Source: Betaproteobacteria bacterium
GTDB lineage: Bacteria; Pseudomonadota; Gammaproteobacteria; Burkholderiales; Burkholderiaceae_D
Assembly: GCA_016868055.1 (NCBI GenBank)
Contig: VGHX01000002.1
Span: 4-64,003 of the forward strand
Direction of reading: 5' to 3'
DNA length: 64,000 nucleotides
The notes beneath the pieces were generated by a model. The model was not told the DNA's origin. It saw nothing but the letters and a program-made list of their open reading frames with translations, and made no database searches. Position 1 is the first letter of the stretch. The number at the start of each line of letters is the position of its first letter. The position numbers and the translations under genes were made by a program. Below, one piece after another: positions 10,341 to 21,078 of this stretch.

Positions 10341-11036
10341 CTACCCGGCCGCAGGCCTGCGTGGCCGTCCACGCCGAGCTGGTTGCAGCCGGCGCGGGGT
10401 GAGCTTGCCCAGAGATGCCTTGAAATGATCTGGCCCGAGCGCCCACGCCTTGTGCGTGGCGGCCGTAATCGCCTCAGCCCGCTCAGGATCCGGCGGCGCG
10501 GCGCAGCGCCTTTGGTAAGCGGCCTCGCGATCGAAGGGTGTGTTGCCCATCGCCCAGTAACTCGGGTGATCGGTCAGCCAAGACTGCCTTTGCAGCCCGG
10601 CATGGTGCGCGTAGCTCGACCAAGGGTAGCTGGCAATGTCGTGGCTGGCCCCTGTTTGGACCGGTAGATACTCGATGACGTGAGCGCAATCGTTAAAGTA
10701 GCTCGCAGCATCCAGCACGGTGGCCCGAAAGCGACCACCCCACAGGCTGCCGCTGCGCTGATGACGGCCATTGAAATACGGCACATAGCTGCGGCCAATC
10801 GCCTGCATCATCTTGCTCAGACCAAGTGCATCACCGGGCGTTGCCAGCAGATGCACCCGATCCGGCAATAACGCAAAAGCATGCACCGCGACCGCGTGCT
10901 GCTTTGCCGCGTCGGCCAACAGGCTCAGAAATTTTTGATAGTCGAGTGCGTCAACAAATAAAGCTTGCTGGTGATGTGACAGCGCTATCAGATGATGCAG
11001 GTGATTCGCGACCACCAACCGGGGCAGCCTCGCCAT
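10341..11036 (-). CDS. REP-associated tyrosine transposase (RAYT/COG1943, Y1 HUH)-like protein, apparently with degenerate catalytic motifs
   Basis: 231-aa ORF. Family-typical blocks are QALFVDALDYQKFL, AVHAFALLPDRVHLLATP, GSLWGGRFRATVL and YPWSSY. It is a single copy with no visible terminal repeats. See finding. Confidence 0.75.
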   Translation of the reverse strand: MARLPRLVVANHLHHLIALSHHQQALFVDALDYQKFLSLLADAAKQHAVAVHAFALLPDRVHLLATPGDALGLSKMMQAIGRSYVPYFNGRHQRSGSLWGGRFRATVLDAASYFNDCAHVIEYLPVQTGASHDIASYPWSSYAHHAGLQRQSWLTDHPSYWAMGNTPFDREAAYQRRCAAPPDPERAEAITAATHKAWALGPDHFKASLGKLTPRRLQPARRGRPRRPAAG

Positions 11037-11068
11037 TGGGTTAGCCGGTATTGCGATGTGCTGGTAAA

Positions 11069-11527
11069 TCAGAACGGGATGTCGTCATCCTCGAGATTGA
11101 TATTGGCTGGCTGGCGTCCACCCACTTGCGCTGGCGGCTGCGCGGCGCTCCGACCACCGCCGTGATCGTCCATGGGGGCCGCACCGCCACCCTGGCGGCT
11201 GCCCAGCATCTGCATGACATCAGCCACGATCTCGGTGGAGTATTTTTCGACACCATCTTTGTCGGTGTATTTGCGGGTACGCAGCTTACCTTCGATGTAC
11301 ACCTGCGAGCCTTTTTTCAGATACTGGCCTGCCACTTCTGCCAGACGACCGAAGAAAGAAATTCGATGCCACTCGGTCGCTTCTTTTTGCTCACCGGTAC
11401 TTTTGTCTTTCCATTTATCGGTAGTGGCCACCGCAATGTTGGTGATCGCATCGCCACTCGGCATGTAACGCGTCTCGGGATCGCGTCCGAGGTTGCCGAC
11501 TATGATGACCTTGTTGACGGATGCCAT
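11069..11527 (-). CDS. ssb: Single-stranded DNA-binding protein
   Basis: [37 protein letters not shown]-fold N-terminus, a Gly/Gln-rich linker, and the acidic tail DDDIPF. Confidence 0.95.
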   Translation of the reverse strand: MASVNKVIIVGNLGRDPETRYMPSGDAITNIAVATTDKWKDKSTGEQKEATEWHRISFFGRLAEVAGQYLKKGSQVYIEGKLRTRKYTDKDGVEKYSTEIVADVMQMLGSRQGGGAAPMDDHGGGRSAAQPPAQVGGRQPANINLEDDDIPF

Positions 11528-11563
11528 GCGAATCTCCCGATTGGAAAGAAATAGAAATTGAAA

Positions 11564-12790
11564 TCAGGCGGGCGCCGCTGCGCGGTGTGTGCGTCGCGGC
11601 ATGTGCTTCATTGATGACGCGATTATAAGCCAGCCAAGTGTGACAACACAGCCTGCTGTGAACACCGCTGGTGCGCCATAGTGCTTTGCCAACAAGCCGC
11701 CACCGGCGCCGCCTGCAAACAAGCCGATCGCCTGCATGGTGTTGTAGATGCCCAGTGCCGCGCCACGCGCCGACGCCGGCGCCAAGCGCGATACCAGTGA
11801 TGGCTGACTCGCTTCAAGAATATTGAAAGCAACAAAAAACGCGAGCAACAAAGCGACCAACATTCCAAATGACAATTGCGTCTCTGCGATGGCAGCACGC
11901 AAGCCAATCTCAACCAGCAGCAGCAAGCCTATCGAAAACACAAATACCTGCTTCATCCTGCCGCGCTTCTCGCCCAAAAAAATCGGCGGCAACATCAAAA
12001 CAAACGATAGCAGTACGACAGGCAGATAAATTTTCCAGTGCTGATCAACCGGCAACCCACCCGCCTCGACTAGTGCATTTGGCAGCACCACAAACATCGA
12101 CATTTGTATGCCATGCAGTGCAAACACACCGAAGTTCATCCGCATTAATTCAGGATCTGCCAGCACTTGCATGAACGAGGCTTGCTCGGGTGAGCGCGGC
12201 GGTGCCTTCGGCGTGATAAACAGCACGACTGCTATCGCAACAGCTGCCAGTATCGCTACAAACAAGAACATGCCGCTCATACCTACCGCTGCGTACATCA
12301 GCGGCGCCAAGACCAAAGACGCAGCATAGGTCAAGCCGATCGACGCACCGACCAGGGCCATTGCCTTGGTACGGTGCTCGTCGCGCGTCGAGTCGGCGAT
12401 CAGCGCAGTCACTGCAGCGGAAACCGCACCGGCACCCTGCACTGCGCGCCCGACAATGACCCAAATCACGTGGGTATCGATCGCTGCAATCAATGAACCC
12501 ACGATGAAGAGCAGCAGTCCGATCACGATGATGCGTTTGCGACCAAAACGATCGGAGGCTATACCGAATGGGATTTGTCCGATCGCCTGTGTCAGCCCAT
12601 ACATACCCATGGCCAATCCAACCAGCATCGCATCCTCACCACCCGGCAATGACTTGGCGTGCACCGCGAATACCGGCAAGATCAGGAACAAGCCCAGCAT
12701 GCGCAAGCCGAAAATCGAGGCGAGCGAGATCGATGCCCGGATCTCGGTCGGGCTCATACGACTAGCATTGATTTCGGGGTTAACTGACAT
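11564..12790 (-). CDS. MFS transporter
   Basis: 408-aa ORF with about 12 predicted TM segments and the MFS loop motif (GIASDRFGRKR). Lies between ssb and uvrA. Confidence 0.85.
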   Translation of the reverse strand: MSVNPEINASRMSPTEIRASISLASIFGLRMLGLFLILPVFAVHAKSLPGGEDAMLVGLAMGMYGLTQAIGQIPFGIASDRFGRKRIIVIGLLLFIVGSLIAAIDTHVIWVIVGRAVQGAGAVSAAVTALIADSTRDEHRTKAMALVGASIGLTYAASLVLAPLMYAAVGMSGMFLFVAILAAVAIAVVLFITPKAPPRSPEQASFMQVLADPELMRMNFGVFALHGIQMSMFVVLPNALVEAGGLPVDQHWKIYLPVVLLSFVLMLPPIFLGEKRGRMKQVFVFSIGLLLLVEIGLRAAIAETQLSFGMLVALLLAFFVAFNILEASQPSLVSRLAPASARGAALGIYNTMQAIGLFAGGAGGGLLAKHYGAPAVFTAGCVVTLGWLIIASSMKHMPRRTHRAAAPA

Positions 12791-12938
12791 GCAGGGCCAG
12801 CAGGGGTGCCGTTTGCGGCGCTTCGCAGACGCATCATCAGCGAGAATTGAAAACCAGCTATAGTAACAGGTTGACCCGCACCGACCGACTCAAGCGATTG
12901 CAAAAAACACAGCATTCGGTCACCAAAACACAGGCCAG

Positions 12939-15809
12939 ATGGACGAAATTCGCATTCGGGGTGCACGCACCCACAACTTGAAAAACATCAGCCTTGATCT
13001 CCCGCGTGACAAGCTGATTGTGATTACCGGCTTATCCGGCTCGGGCAAGTCATCGCTCGCGTTCGATACCTTGTATGCCGAAGGCCAGCGACGCTATGTC
13101 GAGTCGTTATCAGCATACGCGCGCCAGTTTTTACAGCTGATGGAAAAACCGGATGTTGATTTGATCGAGGGCTTATCACCCGCGATTTCTATCGAGCAGA
13201 AAGCAACCTCGCACAACCCGCGCTCGACCGTTGGTACGGTCACCGAGATTCATGATTACCTGCGGCTGCTGTACGCACGCGTCGGCACGCCTCATTGCCC
13301 TGACCATCCGGAAAATCCGCTTGCTGCGCAATCGGTATCGCAAATGGTTGATATCGCACTGGCAATGCCCGAAGACACCAAGTTGATGATTCTGGCGCCC
13401 GTGATTGCCAACCGCAAAGGCGAGCACCTCGACCTGTTTGAGCAAATGCAGTCGCAAGGCTTTGTGCGTTTTCGGGTTCAAAGCGGCACAGCCGAGGCAC
13501 GCATTTATGAAGCGGACGCACTGCCGAAGCTGAAAAAAAACGAGAAGCACAGTATCGATGTGGTGGTGGATCGGCTTAAACTGCGTGCTGATCTTAAGCA
13601 GCGCCTTGCAGAAAGTTTTGAGACCGCGCTGCGCTTGGCCGAAGGCCGAGCGACTGCGCTCGATATGGAGAGCGGCAAGGAACAGATCTTCTCGAATAAA
13701 TTTGCTTGCTCTACCTGCGGTTACTCGCTGCAAGAGCTTGAGCCGCGGCTATTCTCGTTCAACAACCCGATGGGCGCCTGCCCCGAGTGCGACGGACTAG
13801 GTCATATCGAGTTCTTTGATCCCAAGCGCATTGTGGCTTTCCCTGATTTGTCGCTAGCGTCCGGCGCAGTCAAAGGATGGGATCGTCGCAACCAGTTTTA
13901 TTTCACCATGCTCTCATCATTGGCGAAGTACTACGAATTCGACATCGATGCGCCATTTGAGGATCTACCAAAAGAGGCGCAGCGTGTCGTGCTGTACGGC
14001 TCGGGCAAAGAGAAGATTCCCTTTGCCTATATCAATGAGCGTGGCCGTACCGTGATCCGGGAGCATACGTTTGAAGGCGTGGTGAACAACCTCGAGCGTC
14101 GCTACCACGAGACTGATTCGATGGCGGTGAAAGAAGAACTCTCCAAGTTCATCAACGAAAAACAATGCCCTGAATGTCATGGCGCACGCTTGCGGGTCGA
14201 GGCCCGGCACGTCATGGTCGGTAATGGGCCGCAACGCCGTGCGATTTTCCAGCTTGCTGATCTACCGTTACGCGGTGCGCTCGATTTTTTTGAGCGGTTG
14301 GCACTCAAGGGCGCGAAGAAAGATATCGCCGATCGCATCATCAAAGAAATCGTCGCTCGGCTACGCTTCTTGAATAACGTGGGCCTCGATTATCTGTCAC
14401 TCGCGCGCAGCGCTGACACGCTGTCCGGCGGCGAGGCGCAGCGTATTCGATTGGCGTCACAAATTGGCTCCGGGCTCACCGGGGTGATGTATGTGCTAGA
14501 TGAGCCATCGATTGGTTTGCATCAGCGTGACAACGATCGTTTAATCACTACCCTCAAACATCTGCGCGATCTTGGTAACACGGTACTAGTGGTCGAGCAT
14601 GACGAAGACGCGATTCGCTGCGCCGATCACATTATTGATATGGGCTTAGGTGCGGGGGTTCATGGCGGCGAGGTCATTGCTCAGGGCAGCCTGCAGGATA
14701 TTCTGCGCAATCGCGACTCACTCACCGCGCAGTACCTCAACGGCAGCCTCGCAATCGCGGTTCCCGCACAACGAACGGCTAGCGATCCCAAGCGACAACT
14801 GGTGATCCGCGGCGCTTCCGGCAATAACCTGAAGCAGGTTGACCTTCATTGTCCGGTAGGTTTGTTGACCTGTGTGACTGGTGTCTCAGGATCGGGCAAA
14901 TCAACCTTGGTCAATGACACGCTGTATCACGCGCTGGCGCGTCATTTATATGGTTCGCAAGCAGAACCAGCCGCACACGACAGCATCTCCGGCTTAGAGC
15001 ACTTCGATAAAGTGATCGCGGTCGATCAGGCACCGATCGGACGCACGCCGCGCTCCAACCCGGCCACTTACACCGGCGTATTCACGCCGATCCGTGAATT
15101 GTTTTCGACCGTGCCGCAATCGCGCGAGCGCGGGTACTCTGCAGGGAGATTCTCGTTTAATGTGAAAGGCGGTCGCTGCGAGGCATGCCAGGGTGATGGC
15201 GTGCTAAAAGTTGAAATGCACTTTCTGCCCGACGTGTATGTGCCGTGCGATGTATGTCACGGCAAACGCTATAACCGCGAGACGCTGGAGGTTCAGTACA
15301 AAGGAAAAAATATTTCCGAGATACTCGATATGACCGTGGAAGATGCTTTCGATTTCTTCAAGCCGGTGCCGCTGATTGCCCGTAAATTGCAAACCTTGCT
15401 CGACGTAGGCTTGGGCTATATTCGGCTCGGCCAAAGCGCGACCACACTCTCCGGCGGCGAGGCACAACGCGTCAAGCTATCTCTCGAGCTTTCCAAGCGC
15501 GACACCGGACGCACGCTGTATATCCTTGACGAGCCAACGACCGGCTTGCATTTCCATGACATTGCGCTGCTTCTGAAGGTAATTCATCGGTTACGCGACC
15601 AGGGCAATACCATCGTGATCATCGAGCACAATCTCGATGTGATCAAAACCGCTGACTGGGTGATCGATCTTGGTCCGGAAGGTGGCGCAGGTGGCGGACA
15701 GATCATTGCAGCGGGCACGCCGGAAGAGGTCGCGAAAAATTCGGCTAGCTTTACCGGCCGCTACCTGGCCAACATGCTGTTTCAGAAAAAAGAACGCAAA
15801 CGTGCCTAA
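12939..15809 (+). CDS. uvrA: Excinuclease ABC subunit A
   Basis: 956-aa ORF with two ABC modules (GLSGSGKSS and GVSGSGKST, each with LSGGEAQR) and zinc-finger Cys clusters (CSTCGY..CPECDG and [14 protein letters not shown]). Confidence 0.97.
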   Translation: MDEIRIRGARTHNLKNISLDLPRDKLIVITGLSGSGKSSLAFDTLYAEGQRRYVESLSAYARQFLQLMEKPDVDLIEGLSPAISIEQKATSHNPRSTVGTVTEIHDYLRLLYARVGTPHCPDHPENPLAAQSVSQMVDIALAMPEDTKLMILAPVIANRKGEHLDLFEQMQSQGFVRFRVQSGTAEARIYEADALPKLKKNEKHSIDVVVDRLKLRADLKQRLAESFETALRLAEGRATALDMESGKEQIFSNKFACSTCGYSLQELEPRLFSFNNPMGACPECDGLGHIEFFDPKRIVAFPDLSLASGAVKGWDRRNQFYFTMLSSLAKYYEFDIDAPFEDLPKEAQRVVLYGSGKEKIPFAYINERGRTVIREHTFEGVVNNLERRYHETDSMAVKEELSKFINEKQCPECHGARLRVEARHVMVGNGPQRRAIFQLADLPLRGALDFFERLALKGAKKDIADRIIKEIVARLRFLNNVGLDYLSLARSADTLSGGEAQRIRLASQIGSGLTGVMYVLDEPSIGLHQRDNDRLITTLKHLRDLGNTVLVVEHDEDAIRCADHIIDMGLGAGVHGGEVIAQGSLQDILRNRDSLTAQYLNGSLAIAVPAQRTASDPKRQLVIRGASGNNLKQVDLHCPVGLLTCVTGVSGSGKSTLVNDTLYHALARHLYGSQAEPAAHDSISGLEHFDKVIAVDQAPIGRTPRSNPATYTGVFTPIRELFSTVPQSRERGYSAGRFSFNVKGGRCEACQGDGVLKVEMHFLPDVYVPCDVCHGKRYNRETLEVQYKGKNISEILDMTVEDAFDFFKPVPLIARKLQTLLDVGLGYIRLGQSATTLSGGEAQRVKLSLELSKRDTGRTLYILDEPTTGLHFHDIALLLKVIHRLRDQGNTIVIIEHNLDVIKTADWVIDLGPEGGAGGGQIIAAGTPEEVAKNSASFTGRYLANMLFQKKERKRA

Positions 15810-15848
15810 GCCGGCAAGGTTTGGCACGGCATTGTGCGAGTGAATAGA

Positions 15849-15869
15849 CCAGGCTCATCACCAGCCTGG
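15849..15869. terminator. Hairpin between convergent uvrA and the AEC transporter gene; weak terminator candidate
   Basis: 7-bp arms CCAGGCT (15849-15855) and AGCCTGG (15863-15869) with a 7-nt loop. No good T-run on either side. Confidence 0.3.
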
Positions 15870-15907
15870 CTTGCGGTTAGCAGCCTCACGGTGTCAGTCT
15901 TCAGTAC

Positions 15908-16816
15908 TCAGGGGATACCCATCCACAGCCCGAGCGGCACGAACACGACTGCCGCCAAATTACCGAGCATGACGATCGCCGCCACCTTGTCGGGCTCTTG
16001 CTTGTAAGCGGTAGCGATCATGAAGCTGAATACCGCCGGCGGTAGCGACGCAAACAGATACATCTGGCCACGCTGCATGACACTCAGACTCAGCAAGTGA
16101 TCAATGCCCCAAGCCACGACGAACCCTGACAGAGGGCAGACGATGGCGCCAATAAAACCGATGCGCCAATGGGTAAAGCATACATCGACCATGCGCACAC
16201 CCAGTGCGATCAACATGATCGGTATCGATGCCTCGCCCAGCATGCGCATCACCTGCAACAGCACCTCTGGCAAGGGAATACGCACGGCCGCGAATAGCGT
16301 GCCCAGCAGCACGCTGACGATCATGGGGTTGGCCAGCGTACGACGCATCGACAACCGCGGTCCCCTGCCCGCGCTTTCAATAATCCACACACCAACCGAG
16401 AAATACACCAAGGTGCTGGCAACAAACATCGCTACCGCTTCCGACAACGCTGACGCGCCAAACGCGAGCACAGCAAGCGGCACGCCCATGTTGCCGCAGT
16501 TGTTGTAGATCATGGGCGGCACAAAGGTGCGCGGGTCATAACCGAGCAAGCGCGCAACGGGCCAGGCAATCAAACCGGAGCCTAGCGATATCAACAAGCC
16601 CGCCAGAATCAGCGGCAGATTAGCCACCAAATCGAAATCTTTCGAGGCCAACGCAGAGAACAGCAGCACCGGCGACAGTAGCTCGACATTCACCCGACTG
16701 AGCCCCGCCATATCCTCGGTGACCTGCTCGCCGCGCACACGCGCATAGCAGTAACCCGCAGCGGTGATCAGAAATACCGGGAGAATGATGCCGGCGATTC
16801 GGCTAAGAACGTCCAT
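15908..16816 (-). CDS. AEC (auxin efflux carrier) family membrane transporter
   Basis: 302-aa polytopic membrane ORF with AEC-like N- and C-terminal halves. Confidence 0.8.
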   Translation of the reverse strand: MDVLSRIAGIILPVFLITAAGYCYARVRGEQVTEDMAGLSRVNVELLSPVLLFSALASKDFDLVANLPLILAGLLISLGSGLIAWPVARLLGYDPRTFVPPMIYNNCGNMGVPLAVLAFGASALSEAVAMFVASTLVYFSVGVWIIESAGRGPRLSMRRTLANPMIVSVLLGTLFAAVRIPLPEVLLQVMRMLGEASIPIMLIALGVRMVDVCFTHWRIGFIGAIVCPLSGFVVAWGIDHLLSLSVMQRGQMYLFASLPPAVFSFMIATAYKQEPDKVAAIVMLGNLAAVVFVPLGLWMGIP

Positions 16817-16830
16817 CGGGCCCTAAAGAA

Positions 16831-18813
16831 TCAGAGCAGCCGCTGCTCAGCACGCTCGATCGCTTCAGCGGTGCCGCGCAGTACCACTACGTCACCCGCT
16901 TCCAGACGCAGATCAGGTGAAAATGCCAGGCGGCTCTTGCCGCGCCTGACCGCAGTCACCTCCGCCCCGACGTCGGACAGCGCAAGCTCCGAGAACACGC
17001 GGCCGATCGCGGCGGCACGCTCGCGTATCGGCACGGAGTGCAGCCGCACTTGCAGATGATGCTCATCATCAGGCACATCACCCTGGCCATGAAAATAGCC
17101 ACGCAACGAGGCATAGTGCTCGCCGCGTACGCGCTGCACACGCTGCACGACCTGGCTCAGTGGCAGCCCCATCATCAACAAGGCTTGCGAAGCCAGCATC
17201 AGGCTGCTCTCGATGGTTTCGGGGACGACTTCATCGGCACCGCCGGCGCGCAGCAGCTCGAGATCAGTGTCATCAATACTTCGCACAATCGCCGGTAATG
17301 TTGGCGCCAGCTCGTTGGCGAAATGCAGTGTCTTCAACGCGGCTTGGGTATCGGCATATGTCACCACCAGCGCCGCAGCGCGATGGATGCCTGCGGCAAG
17401 CAGACTCTCGCGACGCGAGGTATCGCCGTAGGAGACGTTGGCGCCTGCTGCTTGCGCCTCTTGTACCCGCTGTGGATCCAGGTCGAGTGCGTGGTACTGG
17501 ATTTTTTCTTCCTCGAACACCTTGGCAATGCTCTGACCAGTGCGGCCAAACCCGGCAATAATCACATGCTTCTCATCGCTCATGGTACGCGAGGCTAAGG
17601 TAGTCAGCGCCAGCGATTGCTGCATCCATTCGTTACGAGACATACGCATCACGATGCGATCAGCGTTGGCCAAAATGAACGGTGTCGCCAACATCGATAA
17701 CACCATCGCTGCAAGAATAAGCTGCACGAAACCGGGGTCGATCAGATTCAATGCGCCCGCCTCGTTCAACAGAACAAAGCCGAATTCACCGCCTTGTGCC
17801 AAACCCAAACCGGTACGAATCGCTACGCCGGGTGAAGCACCAAACCATCGCGCGACAAACGCGATCAGACCAAACTTCAGCGCGAACGGTATCAATAACA
17901 AGGCAAGCACCAGCAGCAGGTTATTGAACACCAGCGCCATGTCGAGTATCATGCCGACGCTAATGAAAAACAAGCCGAGCAATACATCACGGAAAGGCTT
18001 GATATCTTCTTCAACCTGCAAGCGGTACTCAGTTTCCGAGATCAGCATGCCGGCAATGAATGCGCCGAGCGCGAGTGACAAACCGGCTATCTCGGTAATC
18101 CAGGCCGCACCCAGCGTGATCAGCAAAAGATTCAGCATGAATAGCTCTTGCGAGCGGCGCTGCACCACAATTTGAAACCAACGGCGCAGCAAGATCTGGC
18201 CAAACGACAGCAGCAGCGCGAGCACGAACACGGCTTTCAGCGCCGCCATGCCCAAGTCTTCGACCATATCTGCGCCGGGACGACCCAGCGCGGGAATCAG
18301 GATCAGCAGCGGCACCACGGCCAGATCCTGAAACAACAGGATGGCGGTAATGCGTCGGCCGTGTTCGCTCTCGAGTTCGAGTTTTTCGGTGAGCAGCTTC
18401 AGCACAATCGCGGTCGACGACATCGACAACGCACCACCGATAGCGAATGCCGCACCCAAGCTGATGTCGAAGTATTGCGGCAGCAAAGGCGCCAGCAAGG
18501 CAACGCCTGCCATCGACATCAAGATGGTTAATCCCACCTGTGCGGTGCCGAGACCGAACACATTGCGGCGCATGGCTTTGAGCTTGGGTAGCGAAAACTC
18601 GAGACCAATCGAGAACATCAGAAACACCACGCCGAACTCGGCGAGTGTGTGTGTCGCCGCACTTTGTGAAGCGAGACCTAACGCGTGCGGGCCAATCAAC
18701 ACGCCGACGGTCAAGTAGCCCAACATCGGCGGCAGATGCAGCATGCGAAACGCCACCACGCCAAGCACTGCCGCAATCAGCAGGATGAGCGTGAGTTCAA
18801 GCGCAGAGTGCAT
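16831..18813 (-). CDS. CPA2 monovalent cation:proton antiporter with a C-terminal TrkA-N/TrkA-C (RCK) region (KefB/YbaL-like)
   Basis: The membrane domain begins MHSALELTLILLIAAVLGVVAFRMLHLPPMLGYL. The RCK Rossmann motif is IIAGFGRTG. The ORF track extends to 19266, but that 151-aa extension is Arg-rich and overlaps kdsD on the opposite strand. In-frame ATG at 18813 (CAT at 18811-18813). Confidence 0.85.
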   Translation of the reverse strand: MHSALELTLILLIAAVLGVVAFRMLHLPPMLGYLTVGVLIGPHALGLASQSAATHTLAEFGVVFLMFSIGLEFSLPKLKAMRRNVFGLGTAQVGLTILMSMAGVALLAPLLPQYFDISLGAAFAIGGALSMSSTAIVLKLLTEKLELESEHGRRITAILLFQDLAVVPLLILIPALGRPGADMVEDLGMAALKAVFVLALLLSFGQILLRRWFQIVVQRRSQELFMLNLLLITLGAAWITEIAGLSLALGAFIAGMLISETEYRLQVEEDIKPFRDVLLGLFFISVGMILDMALVFNNLLLVLALLLIPFALKFGLIAFVARWFGASPGVAIRTGLGLAQGGEFGFVLLNEAGALNLIDPGFVQLILAAMVLSMLATPFILANADRIVMRMSRNEWMQQSLALTTLASRTMSDEKHVIIAGFGRTGQSIAKVFEEEKIQYHALDLDPQRVQEAQAAGANVSYGDTSRRESLLAAGIHRAAALVVTYADTQAALKTLHFANELAPTLPAIVRSIDDTDLELLRAGGADEVVPETIESSLMLASQALLMMGLPLSQVVQRVQRVRGEHYASLRGYFHGQGDVPDDEHHLQVRLHSVPIRERAAAIGRVFSELALSDVGAEVTAVRRGKSRLAFSPDLRLEAGDVVVLRGTAEAIERAEQRLL

Positions 18814-18914
18814 CAGCGGTGGGCCTGTGTCGGGTGAAAGCGGCTGCGCAGCGACGTTCAGAAATCTTACGTCTGGCAGGTTTTTTGCTTTGTGTAATGG
18901 GCTATACTCCGAGC

Positions 18915-19943
18915 ATGAGTGTAACGCATCAGAAAAATTCGTCGAAACATTTTGATAACGTCGCTGCGTTACGCTCGTTGCAGTTGGCGCGCCAGACCCT
19001 CGATATCGAGGCCGAGGCCATCCTCGCGCTGAAGTCACGCTTGTCTGATCACGCCGACGACGCATTCGCGCGCGCGGTTGCGCTGCTGTTTGCGTGCAGT
19101 GGCCGAGTGGTGGTCTCAGGCATGGGCAAATCAGGGCACATCGCCCGCAAGATTGCCGCCACGCTCGCCTCCACCGGCACCCCCGCCCTATTCGTCCATC
19201 CAGCCGAAGCCGCTCATGGCGACCTTGGCATGGTGACCGAGGCAGACGCGGTGATTGCGATTTCAAACTCGGGCGAATCGGAAGAGTTGCTGGCGATCGT
19301 GCCGGTGATCAAGCGCATCGGCGCCAAGTTAATCTCCATGACCGGCAGGCCGCAGTCAACGCTCGCCACGCTGGCTGATGTTCACCTGGATGTTGCTGTT
19401 GCGCGCGAGGCCTGCCCGCTCAACCTTGCCCCGACCGCCAGCACCACCGCCACGCTGGCGCTGGGTGATGCGCTCGCGGTCGCTTTGCTGGATGCGCGCG
19501 GCTTTCGGGAAGAAGACTTTGCACGATCACACCCCGGCGGCGCACTGGGCCGCCGTCTACTGACGCATGTGCGCGATGTGATGCGCAAGGCCGATGCGAT
19601 CCCGAGCGTTCTGCCGGATGTATTGCTTCCCGAGGCGTTGTTGGAGGTCACACGAAAGGGTATGGCGATGACCGCCGTCGTTGACCAGCACGACAAAGTG
19701 CTGGGTATCTTCACCGATGGTGACTTGCGCCGGCTGATCGAGCTCGGTAAAGATTTTTCTCGAACGCCAGTGCATGAGGTGATGAACGCGAAACCGCGCA
19801 CCGTCAGCCCCGAGCAGCTAGCGGTAGAAGCTGTCGAGCTGATGGAATCGTTCCGCATCAATCAGGTGCTGGTGACCGAAGCGGACGGCAGATTGACTGG
19901 CGCGCTACATATTCATGATCTGACGCGGGCAAAAGTCATCTGA
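18915..19943 (+). CDS. kdsD: Arabinose-5-phosphate isomerase (SIS plus tandem CBS domains)
   Basis: SIS motif GMGKSGHIARKIAATLASTGTP and C-terminal CBS pair. Start chosen at the ATG at 18915 (MSVTHQKN...). The ORF-track start at 18819 and the ATG at 18897 are alternatives. Confidence 0.9.
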   Translation: MSVTHQKNSSKHFDNVAALRSLQLARQTLDIEAEAILALKSRLSDHADDAFARAVALLFACSGRVVVSGMGKSGHIARKIAATLASTGTPALFVHPAEAAHGDLGMVTEADAVIAISNSGESEELLAIVPVIKRIGAKLISMTGRPQSTLATLADVHLDVAVAREACPLNLAPTASTTATLALGDALAVALLDARGFREEDFARSHPGGALGRRLLTHVRDVMRKADAIPSVLPDVLLPEALLEVTRKGMAMTAVVDQHDKVLGIFTDGDLRRLIELGKDFSRTPVHEVMNAKPRTVSPEQLAVEAVELMESFRINQVLVTEADGRLTGALHIHDLTRAKVI

Positions 19944-20482
19944 TGAGCTCAACTACAGAACAACTGGCGATGAAGCGTGCGCAGAACGTCAGGCTGATGA
20001 TTTTTGATGTCGATGGCGTGCTCACCGATGGCGGCTTGCGTTATGGCGCGGGCGGCGAAGCCATTAAAACTTTTCATGTGCTGGACGGCCACGGCATCAA
20101 GCTGCTGCAACAGTTCAACGTCAAAGCAGCGATCATCACCGCGCGCGAGTCGGACATCGTCAAGCGCCGCGCGACGGACCTTGGTATCGACCTGCTGCAT
20201 CAAGGTGTGCACGATAAACGTGCGGCGTTTGAGCAGCTGATTAGCGCCCTCAGCCTCGACCCCGCGCAGTGCGGCTATATGGGCGACGACGTGATCGATT
20301 TGCCTGTGATGACCCGCGTTGGTTTCTGTGCCAGCGTCCCCAATGCCCATCCGGAAGTCAAAACCCGTGCGCATCTTCTCACTCATGCCAAGGGCGGGCA
20401 CGGCGCAGCGCGCGAGGTGTGTGACTTCATTTTGCGTGCGCAAGGAAATTACGAGGCGGCGCTAGCGCGGTATCTGGCATGA
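19943..20482 (+). CDS. kdsC: KDO-8-phosphate phosphatase
   Basis: HAD motif IFDVDGVLTDG. 1-nt overlap with kdsD. Confidence 0.9.
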   Translation: MSSTTEQLAMKRAQNVRLMIFDVDGVLTDGGLRYGAGGEAIKTFHVLDGHGIKLLQQFNVKAAIITARESDIVKRRATDLGIDLLHQGVHDKRAAFEQLISALSLDPAQCGYMGDDVIDLPVMTRVGFCASVPNAHPEVKTRAHLLTHAKGGHGAAREVCDFILRAQGNYEAALARYLA

Positions 20483-21078
20483 TCGATGAGTTTCGTCCAC
20501 GCAGAGGTGCGGCGCTGACATTAGCGTTCATGCTGCTACTCGCTGGCGGCAGTTTCTGGCTACTGAAGCAGGCTCAGCAACCAGAGCAAGGTGCCAGTCG
20601 CCGACCGGCGCAGGGACTTCCCGATTACACCATGCATCAATTTCGCTTCACCACGACGCGCACCGATGGGCGCGCTGACTATCTCGTGGAAGGCGACCAG
20701 CTATCCCACTACCCTGACCGAGATGAAACTCTTATTCAGGGTTTCCGCATGACCCGCTATATCGACAAACGCCAGAGTATGTTTGTCAGCTCGGATACCG
20801 CAAATACCAATGCTGATCATAGTCAGTTTCATTTGCACGACCATGTAGTTTTGCGCCGCCCATCGGCCAGCGATGGCGAGACACTATTGGTGACATCCGA
20901 CTACATGCTGGTGCTGACCAATAAAGACATCGTTAAAAGTCATCGACCGGTACAAGCACAGCAAGGCGGAACAACGCTGAAAGGTACTGGCATGACCGCC
21001 GATAGCAAGCAGCAGACGCTGACACTGCATAGCGCTGTCAGCGCAACTTATTTACCTCCTGACCGGGTACGCAGATGA
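20479..21078 (+). CDS. lptC: LPS export protein LptC
   Basis: 199-aa ORF with a single N-terminal TM anchor (LTLAFMLLLAGGSFWLL). Position between kdsC and lptA, with 4-nt overlaps on both sides. Confidence 0.85.
   Translation: MIDEFRPRRGAALTLAFMLLLAGGSFWLLKQAQQPEQGASRRPAQGLPDYTMHQFRFTTTRTDGRADYLVEGDQLSHYPDRDETLIQGFRMTRYIDKRQSMFVSSDTANTNADHSQFHLHDHVVLRRPSASDGETLLVTSDYMLVLTNKDIVKSHRPVQAQQGGTTLKGTGMTADSKQQTLTLHSAVSATYLPPDRVRR

Noticed and set aside
12791-12938. I searched the MFS/uvrA divergent promoter region, and the ssb upstream region, for a LexA/SOS box (CTGT-N8-ACAG).
   Set aside because: No 16-nt match was found. The closest candidate (CTGACATGCAGGGCCAG at about 12783) has the wrong spacing. 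Absence cannot be interpreted without knowing the LexA motif of this organism.
15849-15873. The hairpin after uvrA shares the 10-mer GCCTGGCTTG with the rplQ terminator hairpin (49311-49320). I considered the pair as a dispersed REP-like family possibly linked to the RAYT-like gene.
   Set aside because: There are only two copies, the shared segment is short, the loops and 5' arms differ, and both are adequately explained as independent terminator hairpins. A genome-wide count would be needed to revive the idea.
18814-19266. The 151-codon N-terminal extension of the CPA2 antiporter ORF (track start 19266). Similar 5' over-extensions occur for gltB, lptB, pilM, cyaY, dsbD, rplQ, rpsD, rpmD, rplF and rplC.
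   Set aside because: The extensions are Arg/Pro/Cys-rich, overlap neighbouring genes, and precede in-frame start codons that reproduce conserved family N-termini. They are treated as artefacts of longest-ORF calling.
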